Source: Auanema rhodensis (taxonomy: Eukaryota; Animalia; Nematoda). From it: a stretch of DNA of 64,000 nt. Below the pieces are notes generated by a model. The model saw nothing but the letters and a program-made list of their open reading frames with translations, searched no databases and had not been told where the DNA came from. Numbering within the stretch: the first letter of the stretch is position 1; each line of letters begins with the position of its first letter. The position numbers and the translations under genes are program-made. Positions 12,394-25,606 of this stretch are shown here, in pieces. Location: assembly GCA_964057225.1 (NCBI GenBank), contig OZ059897.1, positions 3,472,001-3,536,000 on the forward strand. Reading direction: 5' to 3'.

Positions 12394-15300
12394 TGAAAAA
12401 AGGAATCTAAAAACATCTACTTTTTGTGAAATTATTTAGAAATTTTTCGGAAAAATTTTTGTCAAAATGTTTTTGGAAGCAATGTTGAGTGTACATGGGA
12501 ACTCAACATTCACTAATGCATTATTTTTCAAACGATCATAACTAATTTTTGTATGGAGCGTTTCTCAATGTAGTATAGTGCATTCGATGCGGATTTTTAA
12601 GCTGCGTTGATCTGTGTTATCAGATTTGAGTTAACTTAAAAATGCACCGAGATATCAACTGATATAGGTTCACACTTATATCCTCGATTTTCACCCTGAA
12701 GAAATGATTTTTTCGTTGAAAAACATTGTCCATCGTCTTCGTCATGAAAAAAGGAATCTAAAAACATCTACTTTTTGTGAAATTATTCAGAAAATTTTCG
12801 GGAAAATTTTTGTCAAAATGTTTTTGGAAGCAATGTTGAGTGTACATGGGAACTCAACATACACTAATGCATTATTTTTCAAACGATCATAACTAATTTT
12901 TGTATAGAGCGTTTCTCAATGTAGTATAGTGCATTCGATGCGGATTTTTAAGCTGCGTCGATCTGCGTTATCAGATTTGAGTTAGCTTAAAAATGCACCG
13001 AGATATCAACTGATATATGTTCACACTTATATTCTCGATTTTCACCCTGAAGAAATGATTTTTTCGTTGAATAACATTGTCCATCGTCTTCGTCATGAAA
13101 AAAGGAATCTAAAAACATCTACTTTTTGTGAAATTATTCAGAAAATTTTCGGGAAAATTTTTGTCAAAATGTTTTTGGAAGCAATGTTGAGTGTACATGG
13201 GAACTCAACATACACTAATGCATTATTTTTCAAACGATCATAACTAATTTTTGTATAGAGCGTTTCTCAATGTAGTATAGTGCATTCGATGCGGATTTTT
13301 AAGCTGCGTCGATCTGTGTTATCAGATTTGAGTTAGCTTAAAAATGCACCGAGATATCAACTGATATATGTTCACACTTATATCCTCGATTTTCACCCTG
13401 AAGAAATGATTTTTTCGTTGAATAACATTGTCCATCATCTTCGTCTTGAAAAAAGGAATCTAAAAACATCTACTTTTTGTGAAATTATTTAGAAATTTTT
13501 CGGAAAAATTTTTGTCAAAATGTTTTTGGAAGCAATGTTGAGTGTACATGGGAACTCAACATACACTAATGCATTATTTTTCAAACGATCATAACTAATT
13601 TTTGTAAATAGCGTTTCTCGATGTAGTATAGTGCATTCGATGCGGATTTTTAAGCTGCGTTGATCTGTGTTATCAGATTTGAGTTAACTTAAAAATGCAC
13701 CGAGATATCAACTGATATAGGTTCACACTTATATCCTCGATTTTCACCCTGAAGAAATGATTTTTTCGTTGAAAAACATTGTCCATCGTCTTTGTCATGA
13801 AAAAAGGAATCTAAAAACATCTACTTTTTGTGAAATTATTCAGAAATTTTTCGGGAAAATTTTTGTCAAAATGTTTTTGGAAGCAATGTTGAGTGTACAT
13901 GGGAACTCAACATACACTAATGCATTATTTTTCAAACGATCATAACTAATTTTTGTAAATAGCGTTTCTCGATGTAGTATAGTGCATTCGATGCGGATTT
14001 TTAAGCTGCGTTGATCTGTGTTATCAGATTTGAGTTAACTTAAAAATGCACCGAGATATCAACTGATATATGTTCACACTTATATCCTCGATTTTCACCC
14101 TGAAGAAATGATTTTTTCGTTGAATAACATTGTCCATCATCTTCGTCTTGAAAAAAGGAATCTAAAAACATCTACTTTTTGTGAAATTATTTAGAAATTT
14201 TTCGGAAAAATTTTTGTCAAAATGTTTTTGGAAGCAATGTTGAGTGTACATGGGAACTCAACATACACTAATGCATTATTTTTCAAACGATCATAACTAA
14301 TTTTTGTAAATAGCGTTTCTCGATGTAGTATAGTGCATTCGATGCGGATTTTTAAGCTGCGTTGATCTGTGTTATCAGATTTGAGTTAACTTAAAAATGC
14401 ACCGAGATATCAACTGATATAGGTTCACACTTATATCCTCGATTTTCACCCTGAAGAAATGATTTTTTCGTTGAAAAACATTGTCCATCGTCTTTGTCAT
14501 GAAAAAAGGAATCTAAAAACATCTACTTTTTGTGAAATTATTCAGAAATTTTTCGGGAAAATTTTTGTCAAAATGTTTTTGGAAGCAATGTTGAGTGTAC
14601 ATGGGAACTCAACATACACTACTGCATCATTTTTCAAACGATCATAACTAATTTTTGTATAGAGCGTTTCTCTATGGAGCGTTTCTCAATGTAGTATAGT
14701 GCATTCGATGCGGATTTTTAAGCTGCGTTGATCTGTGTTATCAGATTTGAGTTAACTTAAAAATGCACCGAGATATCAACTGATATAGGTTCACACTTAT
14801 ATCCTCGATTTTCACCCTGAAGAAATGATTTTTTCGTTGAAAAACATTGTCCATCGTCTTCGTCATGAAAAAAGGAATCTAAAAACATCTACTTTTTGTG
14901 AAATTATTTAGAAATTTTTCGGAAAAATTTTTGTCAAAATGTTTTTGGAAGCAATGTTGAGTGTACATGGGAACTCAACATTCACTAATGCATTATTTTT
15001 CAAACGATCATAACTAATTTTTGTATGGAGCGTTTCTCAATGTAGTATAGTGCATTCGATGCGGATTTTTATGCTGCGTTGATCTGTGTTATCAGATTTG
15101 AGTTAACTTAAAAATGCACCGAGATATCAACTGATATAGGTTCACACTTATATCCTCGATTTTCACCCTGAAGAAATGATTTTTTCGTTGAAAAACATTG
15201 TCCATCGTCTTCGTCATGAAAAAAGGAATCTAAAAACATCTACTTTTTGTGAAATTATTCAGAAAATTTTCGGGAAAATTTTTGTCAAAATGTTTTTGGA

Positions 15301-18300
15301 AGCAATGTTGAGTGTACATGGGAACTCAACATACACTAATGCATTATTTTTCAAACGATCATAACTAATTTTTGTATAGAGCGTTTCTCAATGTAGTATA
15401 GTGCATTCGATGCGGATTTTTAAGCTGCGTCGATCTGCGTTATCAGATTTGAGTTAGCTTAAAAATGCACCGAGATATCAACTGATATATGTTCACACTT
15501 ATATTCTCGATTTTCACCCTGAAGAAATGATTTTTTCGTTGAATAACATTGTCCATCGTCTTCGTCATGAAAAAAGGAATCTAAAAACATCTACTTTTTG
15601 TGAAATTATTCAGAAAATTTTCGGGAAAATTTTTGTCAAAATGTTTTTGGAAGCAATGTTGAGTGTACATGGGAACTCAACATACACTAATGCATTATTT
15701 TTCAAACGATCATAACTAATTTTTGTATAGAGCGTTTCTCAATGTAGTATAGTGCATTCGATGCGGATTTTTAAGCTGCGTCGATCTGTGTTATCAGATT
15801 TGAGTTAGCTTAAAAATGCACCGAGATATCAACTGATATATGTTCACACTTATATCCTCGATTTTCACCCTGAAGAAATGATTTTTTCGTTGAATAACAT
15901 TGTCCATCATCTTCGTCTTGAAAAAAGGAATCTAAAAACATCTACTTTTTGTGAAATTATTTAGAAATTTTTCGGAAAAATTTTTGTCAAAATGTTTTTG
16001 GAAGCAATGTTGAGTGTACATGGGAACTCAACATACACTAATGCATTATTTTTCAAACGATCATAACTAATTTTTGTAAATAGCGTTTCTCGATGTAGTA
16101 TAGTGCATTCGATGCGGATTTTTAAGCTGCGTTGATCTGTGTTATCAGATTTGAGTTAACTTAAAAATGCACCGAGATATCAACTGATATAGGTTCACAC
16201 TTATATCCTCGATTTTCACCCTGAAGAAATGATTTTTTCGTTGAAAAACATTGTCCATCGTCTTTGTCATGAAAAAAGGAATCTAAAAACATCTACTTTT
16301 TGTGAAATTATTCAGAAATTTTTCGGGAAAATTTTTGTCAAAATGTTTTTGGAAGCAATGTTGAGTGTACATGGGAACTCAACATACACTACTGCATCAT
16401 TTTTCAAACGATCATAACTAATTTTTGTATAGAGCGTTTCTCTATGGAGCGTTTCTCAATGTAGTATAGTGCATTCGATGCGGATTTTTAAGCTGCGTTG
16501 ATCTGTGTTATCAGATTTGAGTTAACTTAAAAATGCACCGAGATATCAACTGATATAGGTTCACACTTATATCCTCGATTTTCACCCTGAAGAAATGATT
16601 TTTTTGTTGAAAAACATTGTCCATCGTCTTCGTCATGAAAAAAGGAATCTAAAAACATCTACTTTTTGTGAAATTATTCAGAAAATTTTCGGGAAAATTT
16701 TTGTCAAAATGTTTTTGGAAGCAATGTTGAGTGTACATGGGAACTCAACATACACTAATGCATTATTTTTCAAACGATCATAACTAATTTTTGTATAGAG
16801 CGTTTCTCAATGTAGTATAGTGCATTCGATGCGGATTTTTAAGCTGCGTCGATCTGTGTTATCAGATTTGAGTTAGCTTAAAAATGCACCGAGATATCAA
16901 CTGATATATGTTCACACTTATATCCTCGATTTTCACCCTGAAGAAATGATTTTTTCGTTGAATAACATTGTCCATCATCTTCGTCTTGAAAAAAGGAATC
17001 TAAAAACATCTACTTTTTGTGAAATTATTCAGAAAATTTTCGGGAAAATTTTTGTCAAAATGTTTTTGGAAGCAATGTTGAGTGTACATGGGAACTCAAC
17101 ATACACTAATGCATTATTTTTCAAACGATCATAACTAATTTTTGTATAGAGCGTTTCTCAATGTAGTATAGTGCATTCGATGCGGATTTTTAAGCTGCGT
17201 CGATCTGTGTTATCAGATTTGAGTTAGCTTAAAAATGCACCGAGATATCAACTGATATATGTTCACACTTATATCCTCGATTTTCACCCTGAAGAAATGA
17301 TTTTTTCGTTGAATAACATTGTCCATCATCTTCGTCTTGAAAAAAGGAATCTAAAAACATCTACTTTTTGTGAAATTATTTAGAAATTTTTCGGAAAAAT
17401 TTTTGTCAAAATGTTTTTGGAAGCAATGTTGAGTGTACATGGGAACTCAACATTCACTAATGCATTATTTTTCAAACGATCATAACTAATTTTTGTATGG
17501 AGCGTTTCTCAATGTAGTATAGTGCATTCGATGCGGATTTTTAAGCTGCGTTGATCTGTGTTATCAGATTTGAGTTAACTTAAAAATGCACCGAGATATC
17601 AACTGATATAGGTTCACACTTATATCCTCGATTTTCACCCTGAAGAAATGATTTTTTCGTTGAAAAACATTGTCCATCGTCTTCGTCATGAAAAAAGGAA
17701 TCTAAAAACATCTACTTTTTGTGAAATTATTCAGAAAATTTTCGGGAAAATTTTTGTCAAAATGTTTTTGGAAGCAATGTTGAGTGTACATGGGAACTCA
17801 ACATACACTAATGCATTATTTTTCAAACGATCATAACTAATTTTTGTATAGAGCGTTTCTCAATGTAGTATAGTGCATTCGATGCGGATTTTTAAGCTGC
17901 GTCGATCTGCGTTATCAGATTTGAGTTAGCTTAAAAATGCACCGAGATATCAACTGATATATGTTCACACTTATATTCTCGATTTTCACCCTGAAGAAAT
18001 GATTTTTTCGTTGAATAACATTGTCCATCGTCTTCGTCATGAAAAAAGGAATCTAAAAACATCTACTTTTTGTGAAATTATTCAGAAAATTTTCGGGAAA
18101 ATTTTTGTCAAAATGTTTTTGGAAGCAATGTTGAGTGTACATGGGAACTCAACATACACTAATGCATTATTTTTCAAACGATCATAACTAATTTTTGTAT
18201 AGAGCGTTTCTCAATGTAGTATAGTGCATTCGATGCGGATTTTTAAGCTGCGTCGATCTGTGTTATCAGATTTGAGTTAGCTTAAAAATGCACCGAGATA

Positions 18301-21300
18301 TCAACTGATATATGTTCACACTTATATCCTCGATTTTCACCCTGAAGAAATGATTTTTTCGTTGAATAACATTGTCCATCATCTTCGTCTTGAAAAAAGG
18401 AATCTAAAAACATCTACTTTTTGTGAAATTATTTAGAAATTTTTCGGAAAAATTTTTGTCAAAATGTTTTTGGAAGCAATGTTGAGTGTACATGGGAACT
18501 CAACATACACTAATGCATTATTTTTCAAACGATCATAACTAATTTTTGTAAATAGCGTTTCTCGATGTAGTATAGTGCATTCGATGCGGATTTTTAAGCT
18601 GCGTTGATCTGTGTTATCAGATTTGAGTTAACTTAAAAATGCACCGAGATATCAACTGATATAGGTTCACACTTATATCCTCGATTTTCACCCTGAAGAA
18701 ATGATTTTTTCGTTGAAAAACATTGTCCATCGTCTTTGTCATGAAAAAAGGAATCTAAAAACATCTACTTTTTGTGAAATTATTCAGAAATTTTTCGGGA
18801 AAATTTTTGTCAAAATGTTTTTGGAAGCAATGTTGAGTGTACATGGGAACTCAACATACACTAATGCATTATTTTTCAAACGATCATAACTAATTTTTGT
18901 AAATAGCGTTTCTCGATGTAGTATAGTGCATTCGATGCGGATTTTTAAGCTGCGTTGATCTGTGTTATCAGATTTGAGTTAACTTAAAAATGCACCGAGA
19001 TATCAACTGATATATGTTCACACTTATATCCTCGATTTTCACCCTGAAGAAATGATTTTTTCGTTGAATAACATTGTCCATCATCTTCGTCTTGAAAAAA
19101 GGAATCTAAAAACATCTACTTTTTGTGAAATTATTTAGAAATTTTTCGGAAAAATTTTTGTCAAAATGTTTTTGGAAGCAATGTTGAGTGTACATGGGAA
19201 CTCAACATACACTAATGCATTATTTTTCAAACGATCATAACTAATTTTTGTAAATAGCGTTTCTCGATGTAGTATAGTGCATTCGATGCGGATTTTTAAG
19301 CTGCGTTGATCTGTGTTATCAGATTTGAGTTAACTTAAAAATGCACCGAGATATCAACTGATATAGGTTCACACTTATATCCTCGATTTTCACCCTGAAG
19401 AAATGATTTTTTCGTTGAAAAACATTGTCCATCGTCTTTGTCATGAAAAAAGGAATCTAAAAACATCTACTTTTTGTGAAATTATTCAGAAATTTTTCGG
19501 GAAAATTTTTGTCAAAATGTTTTTGGAAGCAATGTTGAGTGTACATGGGAACTCAACATACACTACTGCATCATTTTTCAAACGATCATAACTAATTTTT
19601 GTATAGAGCGTTTCTCTATGGAGCGTTTCTCAATGTAGTATAGTGCATTCGATGCGGATTTTTAAGCTGCGTTGATCTGTGTTATCAGATTTGAGTTAAC
19701 TTAAAAATGCACCGAGATATCAACTGATATAGGTTCACACTTATATCCTCGATTTTCACCCTGAAGAAATGATTTTTTCGTTGAAAAACATTGTCCATCG
19801 TCTTCGTCATGAAAAAAGGAATCTAAAAACATCTACTTTTTGTGAAATTATTTAGAAATTTTTCGGAAAAATTTTTGTCAAAATGTTTTTGGAAGCAATG
19901 TTGAGTGTACATGGGAACTCAACATTCACTAATGCATTATTTTTCAAACGATCATAACTAATTTTTGTATGGAGCGTTTCTCAATGTAGTATAGTGCATT
20001 CGATGCGGATTTTTATGCTGCGTTGATCTGTGTTATCAGATTTGAGTTAACTTAAAAATGCACCGAGATATCAACTGATATAGGTTCACACTTATATCCT
20101 CGATTTTCACCCTGAAGAAATGATTTTTTCGTTGAAAAACATTGTCCATCGTCTTCGTCATGAAAAAAGGAATCTAAAAACATCTACTTTTTGTGAAATT
20201 ATTCAGAAAATTTTCGGGAAAATTTTTGTCAAAATGTTTTTGGAAGCAATGTTGAGTGTACATGGGAACTCAACATACACTAATGCATTATTTTTCAAAC
20301 GATCATAACTAATTTTTGTATAGAGCGTTTCTCAATGTAGTATAGTGCATTCGATGCGGATTTTTAAGCTGCGTCGATCTGCGTTATCAGATTTGAGTTA
20401 GCTTAAAAATGCACCGAGATATCAACTGATATATGTTCACACTTATATTCTCGATTTTCACCCTGAAGAAATGATTTTTTCGTTGAATAACATTGTCCAT
20501 CGTCTTCGTCATGAAAAAAGGAATCTAAAAACATCTACTTTTTGTGAAATTATTCAGAAAATTTTCGGGAAAATTTTTGTCAAAATGTTTTTGGAAGCAA
20601 TGTTGAGTGTACATGGGAACTCAACATACACTAATGCATTATTTTTCAAACGATCATAACTAATTTTTGTATAGAGCGTTTCTCAATGTAGTATAGTGCA
20701 TTCGATGCGGATTTTTAAGCTGCGTCGATCTGTGTTATCAGATTTGAGTTAGCTTAAAAATGCACCGAGATATCAACTGATATATGTTCACACTTATATC
20801 CTCGATTTTCACCCTGAAGAAATGATTTTTTCGTTGAATAACATTGTCCATCATCTTCGTCTTGAAAAAAGGAATCTAAAAACATCTACTTTTTGTGAAA
20901 TTATTTAGAAATTTTTCGGAAAAATTTTTGTCAAAATGTTTTTGGAAGCAATGTTGAGTGTACATGGGAACTCAACATACACTAATGCATTATTTTTCAA
21001 ACGATCATAACTAATTTTTGTAAATAGCGTTTCTCGATGTAGTATAGTGCATTCGATGCGGATTTTTAAGCTGCGTTGATCTGTGTTATCAGATTTGAGT
21101 TAACTTAAAAATGCACCGAGATATCAACTGATATAGGTTCACACTTATATCCTCGATTTTCACCCTGAAGAAATGATTTTTTCGTTGAAAAACATTGTCC
21201 ATCGTCTTTGTCATGAAAAAAGGAATCTAAAAACATCTACTTTTTGTGAAATTATTCAGAAATTTTTCGGGAAAATTTTTGTCAAAATGTTTTTGGAAGC

Positions 21301-22920
21301 AATGTTGAGTGTACATGGGAACTCAACATACACTACTGCATCATTTTTCAAACGATCATAACTAATTTTTGTATAGAGCGTTTCTCTATGGAGCGTTTCT
21401 CAATGTAGTATAGTGCATTCGATGCGGATTTTTAAGCTGCGTTGATCTGTGTTATCAGATTTGAGTTAACTTAAAAATGCACCGAGATATCAACTGATAT
21501 AGGTTCACACTTATATCCTCGATTTTCACCCTGAAGAAATGATTTTTTTGTTGAAAAACATTGTCCATCGTCTTCGTCATGAAAAAAGGAATCTAAAAAC
21601 ATCTACTTTTTGTGAAATTATTCAGAAAATTTTCGGGAAAATTTTTGTCAAAATGTTTTTGGAAGCAATGTTGAGTGTACATGGGAACTCAACATACACT
21701 AATGCATTATTTTTCAAACGATCATAACTAATTTTTGTATAGAGCGTTTCTCAATGTAGTATAGTGCATTCGATGCGGATTTTTAAGCTGCGTCGATCTG
21801 TGTTATCAGATTTGAGTTAGCTTAAAAATGCACCGAGATATCAACTGATATATGTTCACACTTATATCCTCGATTTTCACCCTGAAGAAATGATTTTTTC
21901 GTTGAATAACATTGTCCATCATCTTCGTCTTGAAAAAAGGAATCTAAAAACATCTACTTTTTGTGAAATTATTCAGAAAATTTTCGGGAAAATTTTTGTC
22001 AAAATGTTTTTGGAAGCAATGTTGAGTGTACATGGGAACTCAACATACACTAATGCATTATTTTTCAAACGATCATAACTAATTTTTGTATAGAGCGTTT
22101 CTCAATGTAGTATAGTGCATTCGATGCGGATTTTTAAGCTGCGTCGATCTGTGTTATCAGATTTGAGTTAGCTTAAAAATGCACCGAGATATCAACTGAT
22201 ATATGTTCACACTTATATCCTCGATTTTCACCCTGAAGAAATGATTTTTTCGTTGAATAACATTGTCCATCATCTTCGTCTTGAAAAAAGGAATCTAAAA
22301 ACATCTACTTTTTGTGAAATTATTTAGAAATTTTTCGGAAAAATTTTTGTCAAAATGTTTTTGGAAGCAATGTTGAGTGTACATGGGAACTCAACATTCA
22401 CTAATGCATTATTTTTCAAACGATCATAACTAATTTTTGTATGGAGCGTTTCTCAATGTAGTATAGTGCATTCGATGCGGATTTTTAAGCTGCGTTGATC
22501 TGTGTTATCAGATTTGAGTTAACTTAAAAATGCACCGAGATATCAACTGATATAGGTTCACACTTATATCCTCGATTTTCACCCTGAAGAAATGATTTTT
22601 TCGTTGAAAAACATTGTCCATCGTCTTCGTCATGAAAAAAGGAATCTAAAAACATCTACTTTTTGTGAAATTATTCAGAAAATTTTCGGGAAAATTTTTG
22701 TCAAAATGTTTTTGGAAGCAATGTTGAGTGTACATGGGAACTCAACATACACTAATGCATTATTTTTCAAACGATCATAACTAATTTTTGTATAGAGCGT
22801 TTCTCAATGTAGTATAGTGCATTCGATGCGGATTTTTAAGCTGCGTCGATCTGCGTTATCAGATTTGAGTTAGCTTAAAAATGCACCGAGATATCAACTG
22901 ATATATGTTCACACTTATAT
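12394..22920. repeat. 4944-bp (14-monomer) HOR, about 2.1 copies, built from two 2472-bp 7-mers
   Basis: ORF pairs lie 4944 apart (12704/17648/22592, 13055/17999, 14459/19403, 16595/21539, 16946/21890). The private SNP TTTTATGCTG is at 15072 and 20016. The 15-bp insertions are at 14658/19602 and 16428/21372. ATATTCTCG monomers recur every 2472 bp. Confidence 0.93.
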
Positions 22921-23149
22921 CCTCGATTTTCACCCTGAAGAAATGATTTTTTCGTTGAATAACATTGTCCATCATCTTCGTCTTGAAAAAAGGAATCTAA
23001 AAACATCTACTTTTTGTGAAATTATTTAGAAATTTTTCGGAAAAATTTTTGTCAAAATGTTTTTGGAAGCAATGTTGAGTGTACATGGGAACTCAACATA
23101 CACTAATGCATTATTTTTCGAACGATCATAACTAATTTTTGTAAATAGC

Positions 23150-25606
23150 GTTTCTCGATGTAGTATAGTGCATTCGATGCGGATTTTTAAGCTGCGTTGA
23201 TCTGTGTTATCAGATTTGAGTTAACTTAAAAATGCACCGAGATATCAACTGATATAGGTTCACACTTATATCCTCGATTTTCACCCTGAAGAAATGATTT
23301 TTTCGTTGAAAAACATTGTCCATCGTCTTCGTCATGAAAAAAGGAATCTAAAAACATCTACTTTTTGTGAAATTATTCAGAAATTTTTCGGGAAAATTTT
23401 TGTCAAAATGTTTTTGGAAGCAATGTTGAGTGTACATGGGAACTCAACATACACTACTGCATCATTTTTCAAACGATCATAACTAATTTTTGTATAGAGC
23501 GTTTCTCGATGTAGTATAGTGCATTCGATGCGGATTTTTAAGCTGCGTTGATCTGTGTTATCAGATTTGAGTTAACTTAAAAATGCACCGAGATATCAAC
23601 TGATATAGGTTCACACGTATATCCTCGATTTTCACCCTGAAGAAATGATTTTTTCGTTGAAAAACATTGTCCATCGTCTTCGTCATGAAAAAAGGAATCT
23701 AAAAACATCTACTTTTTGTGAAATTATTCAGAAAATTTTCGGGAAAATTTTTGTCAAAATGTTTTTGGAAGCAATGTTGAGTGTACATGGGAACTCAACA
23801 TACATTAATGCATTATTTTTCAAACGATCATAACTTATTTTTGTATAGAGCGTTTCTCAATGTAGTATAGTGCATTCGATGCGGATTTTTAAGCTGCGTC
23901 GATCTGTGTTATCCGATTTGAGCTAGCTTGAAAATGTACCGAGATATCAACTGATATATGTTCACACTTATATCCTCGATTTTCACCCTGAAGAATTTAT
24001 TTTTTCGTTGAATAACATTGTCCATCGTCTTCGCCTTGAAAGAAGGAATTTAAAAACATCTACTTTTTGTGAAATTATTTAGAAATTTTTCGGGAAAATT
24101 TTTGTCAAAATGTTTTTGGAAGCAATGTTGAGTGTACATGGGAACTCAGCATACACTAATGCATTATTTTTCAAACGATAATAACTAATTTTTGTATAGA
24201 GCGTTTCTCATAGTAGTATAGTGCATTCGATGCGGATTTTTAAGCTGCGTTGATCTGTGTTATCAGATTTGAGTTAACTTAAAAATGCACCGAGATATCA
24301 ACTGATATAGGTTCACACGTATATCCTCGATTTTCACCCTGAAGAAATGATTTTTTCGTTGAAAAACATTGTTCATCGTCTTCGTCATGAAAAAAGGAAT
24401 CTAAAAACATCTACTTTTTGTGAAATTATTCAGAAAATTTTCGGGAAAATTTTTGTCAAAATGTTTTTGGAAGCAATGTTGAGTGTACATGGGAACTCAA
24501 CATACACTAATGCATTATTTTTCAAACGATCATAACTAATTTTTGTAAATAGCGTTTCTCGATGTAGTATAGTGCATTCGATGCGGATTTTTAAGCTGCG
24601 TTGATCTGTGTTATCAGATTTGAGTTAACTTAAAAATGCACCGAGATATCAACTGATATAGGTTCACACTTATATCCTCGATTTTCACCCTGAAGAAATG
24701 ATTTTTTCGTTGAAAAACATTGTCCATCGTCTTCGTCATGAAAAAAGGAATCTAAAAACATCTACTTTTTGTGAAATTATTCAGAAATTTTTCGGGAAAA
24801 TTTTTGTCAAAATGTTTTTGGAAGCAATGTTGAGTGTACATGGGAACTCAACATACACTACTGCATCATTTTTCAAACGATCATAACTAATTTTTGTATA
24901 GAGCGTTTCTCGATGTAGTATAGTGCATTCGATGCGGATTTTTAAGCTGCGTTGATCTGTGTTATCAGATTTGAGTTAACTTAAAAATGCACCGAGATAT
25001 CAACTGATATAGGTTCACACGTATATCCTCGATTTTCACCCTGAAGAAATGATTTTTTCGTTGAAAAACATTGTCCATCGTCTTCGTCATGAAAAAAGGA
25101 ATCTAAAAACATCTACTTTTTGTGAAATTATTCAGAAAATTTTCGGGAAAATTTTTGTCAAAATGTTTTTGGAAGCAATGTTGAGTGTACATGGGAACTC
25201 AACATACATTAATGCATTATTTTTCAAACGATCATAACTTATTTTTGTATAGAGCGTTTCTCAATGTAGTATAGTGCATTCGATGCGGATTTTTAAGCTG
25301 CGTCGATCTGTGTTATCCGATTTGAGCTAGCTTGAAAATGTACCGAGATATCAACTGATATATGTTCACACTTATATCCTCGATTTTCACCCTGAAGAAT
25401 TTATTTTTTCGTTGAATAACATTGTCCATCGTCTTCGCCTTGAAAGAAGGAATTTAAAAACATCTACTTTTTGTGAAATTATTTAGAAATTTTTCGGGAA
25501 AATTTTTGTCAAAATGTTTTTGGAAGCAATGTTGAGTGTACATGGGAACTCAGCATACACTAATGCATTATTTTTCAAACGATAATAACTAATTTTTGTA
25601 TAGAGC
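23150..25606. repeat. Local duplication with a 1404-bp (4-monomer) period
   Basis: ORFs 23294/24698 and 23645/25049 are 1404 apart. The ACTACTGCATCA, CACACGTA/CATTAAT and GAAGGAATTTAAAA monomers occur in the same order in both copies. Confidence 0.8.
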
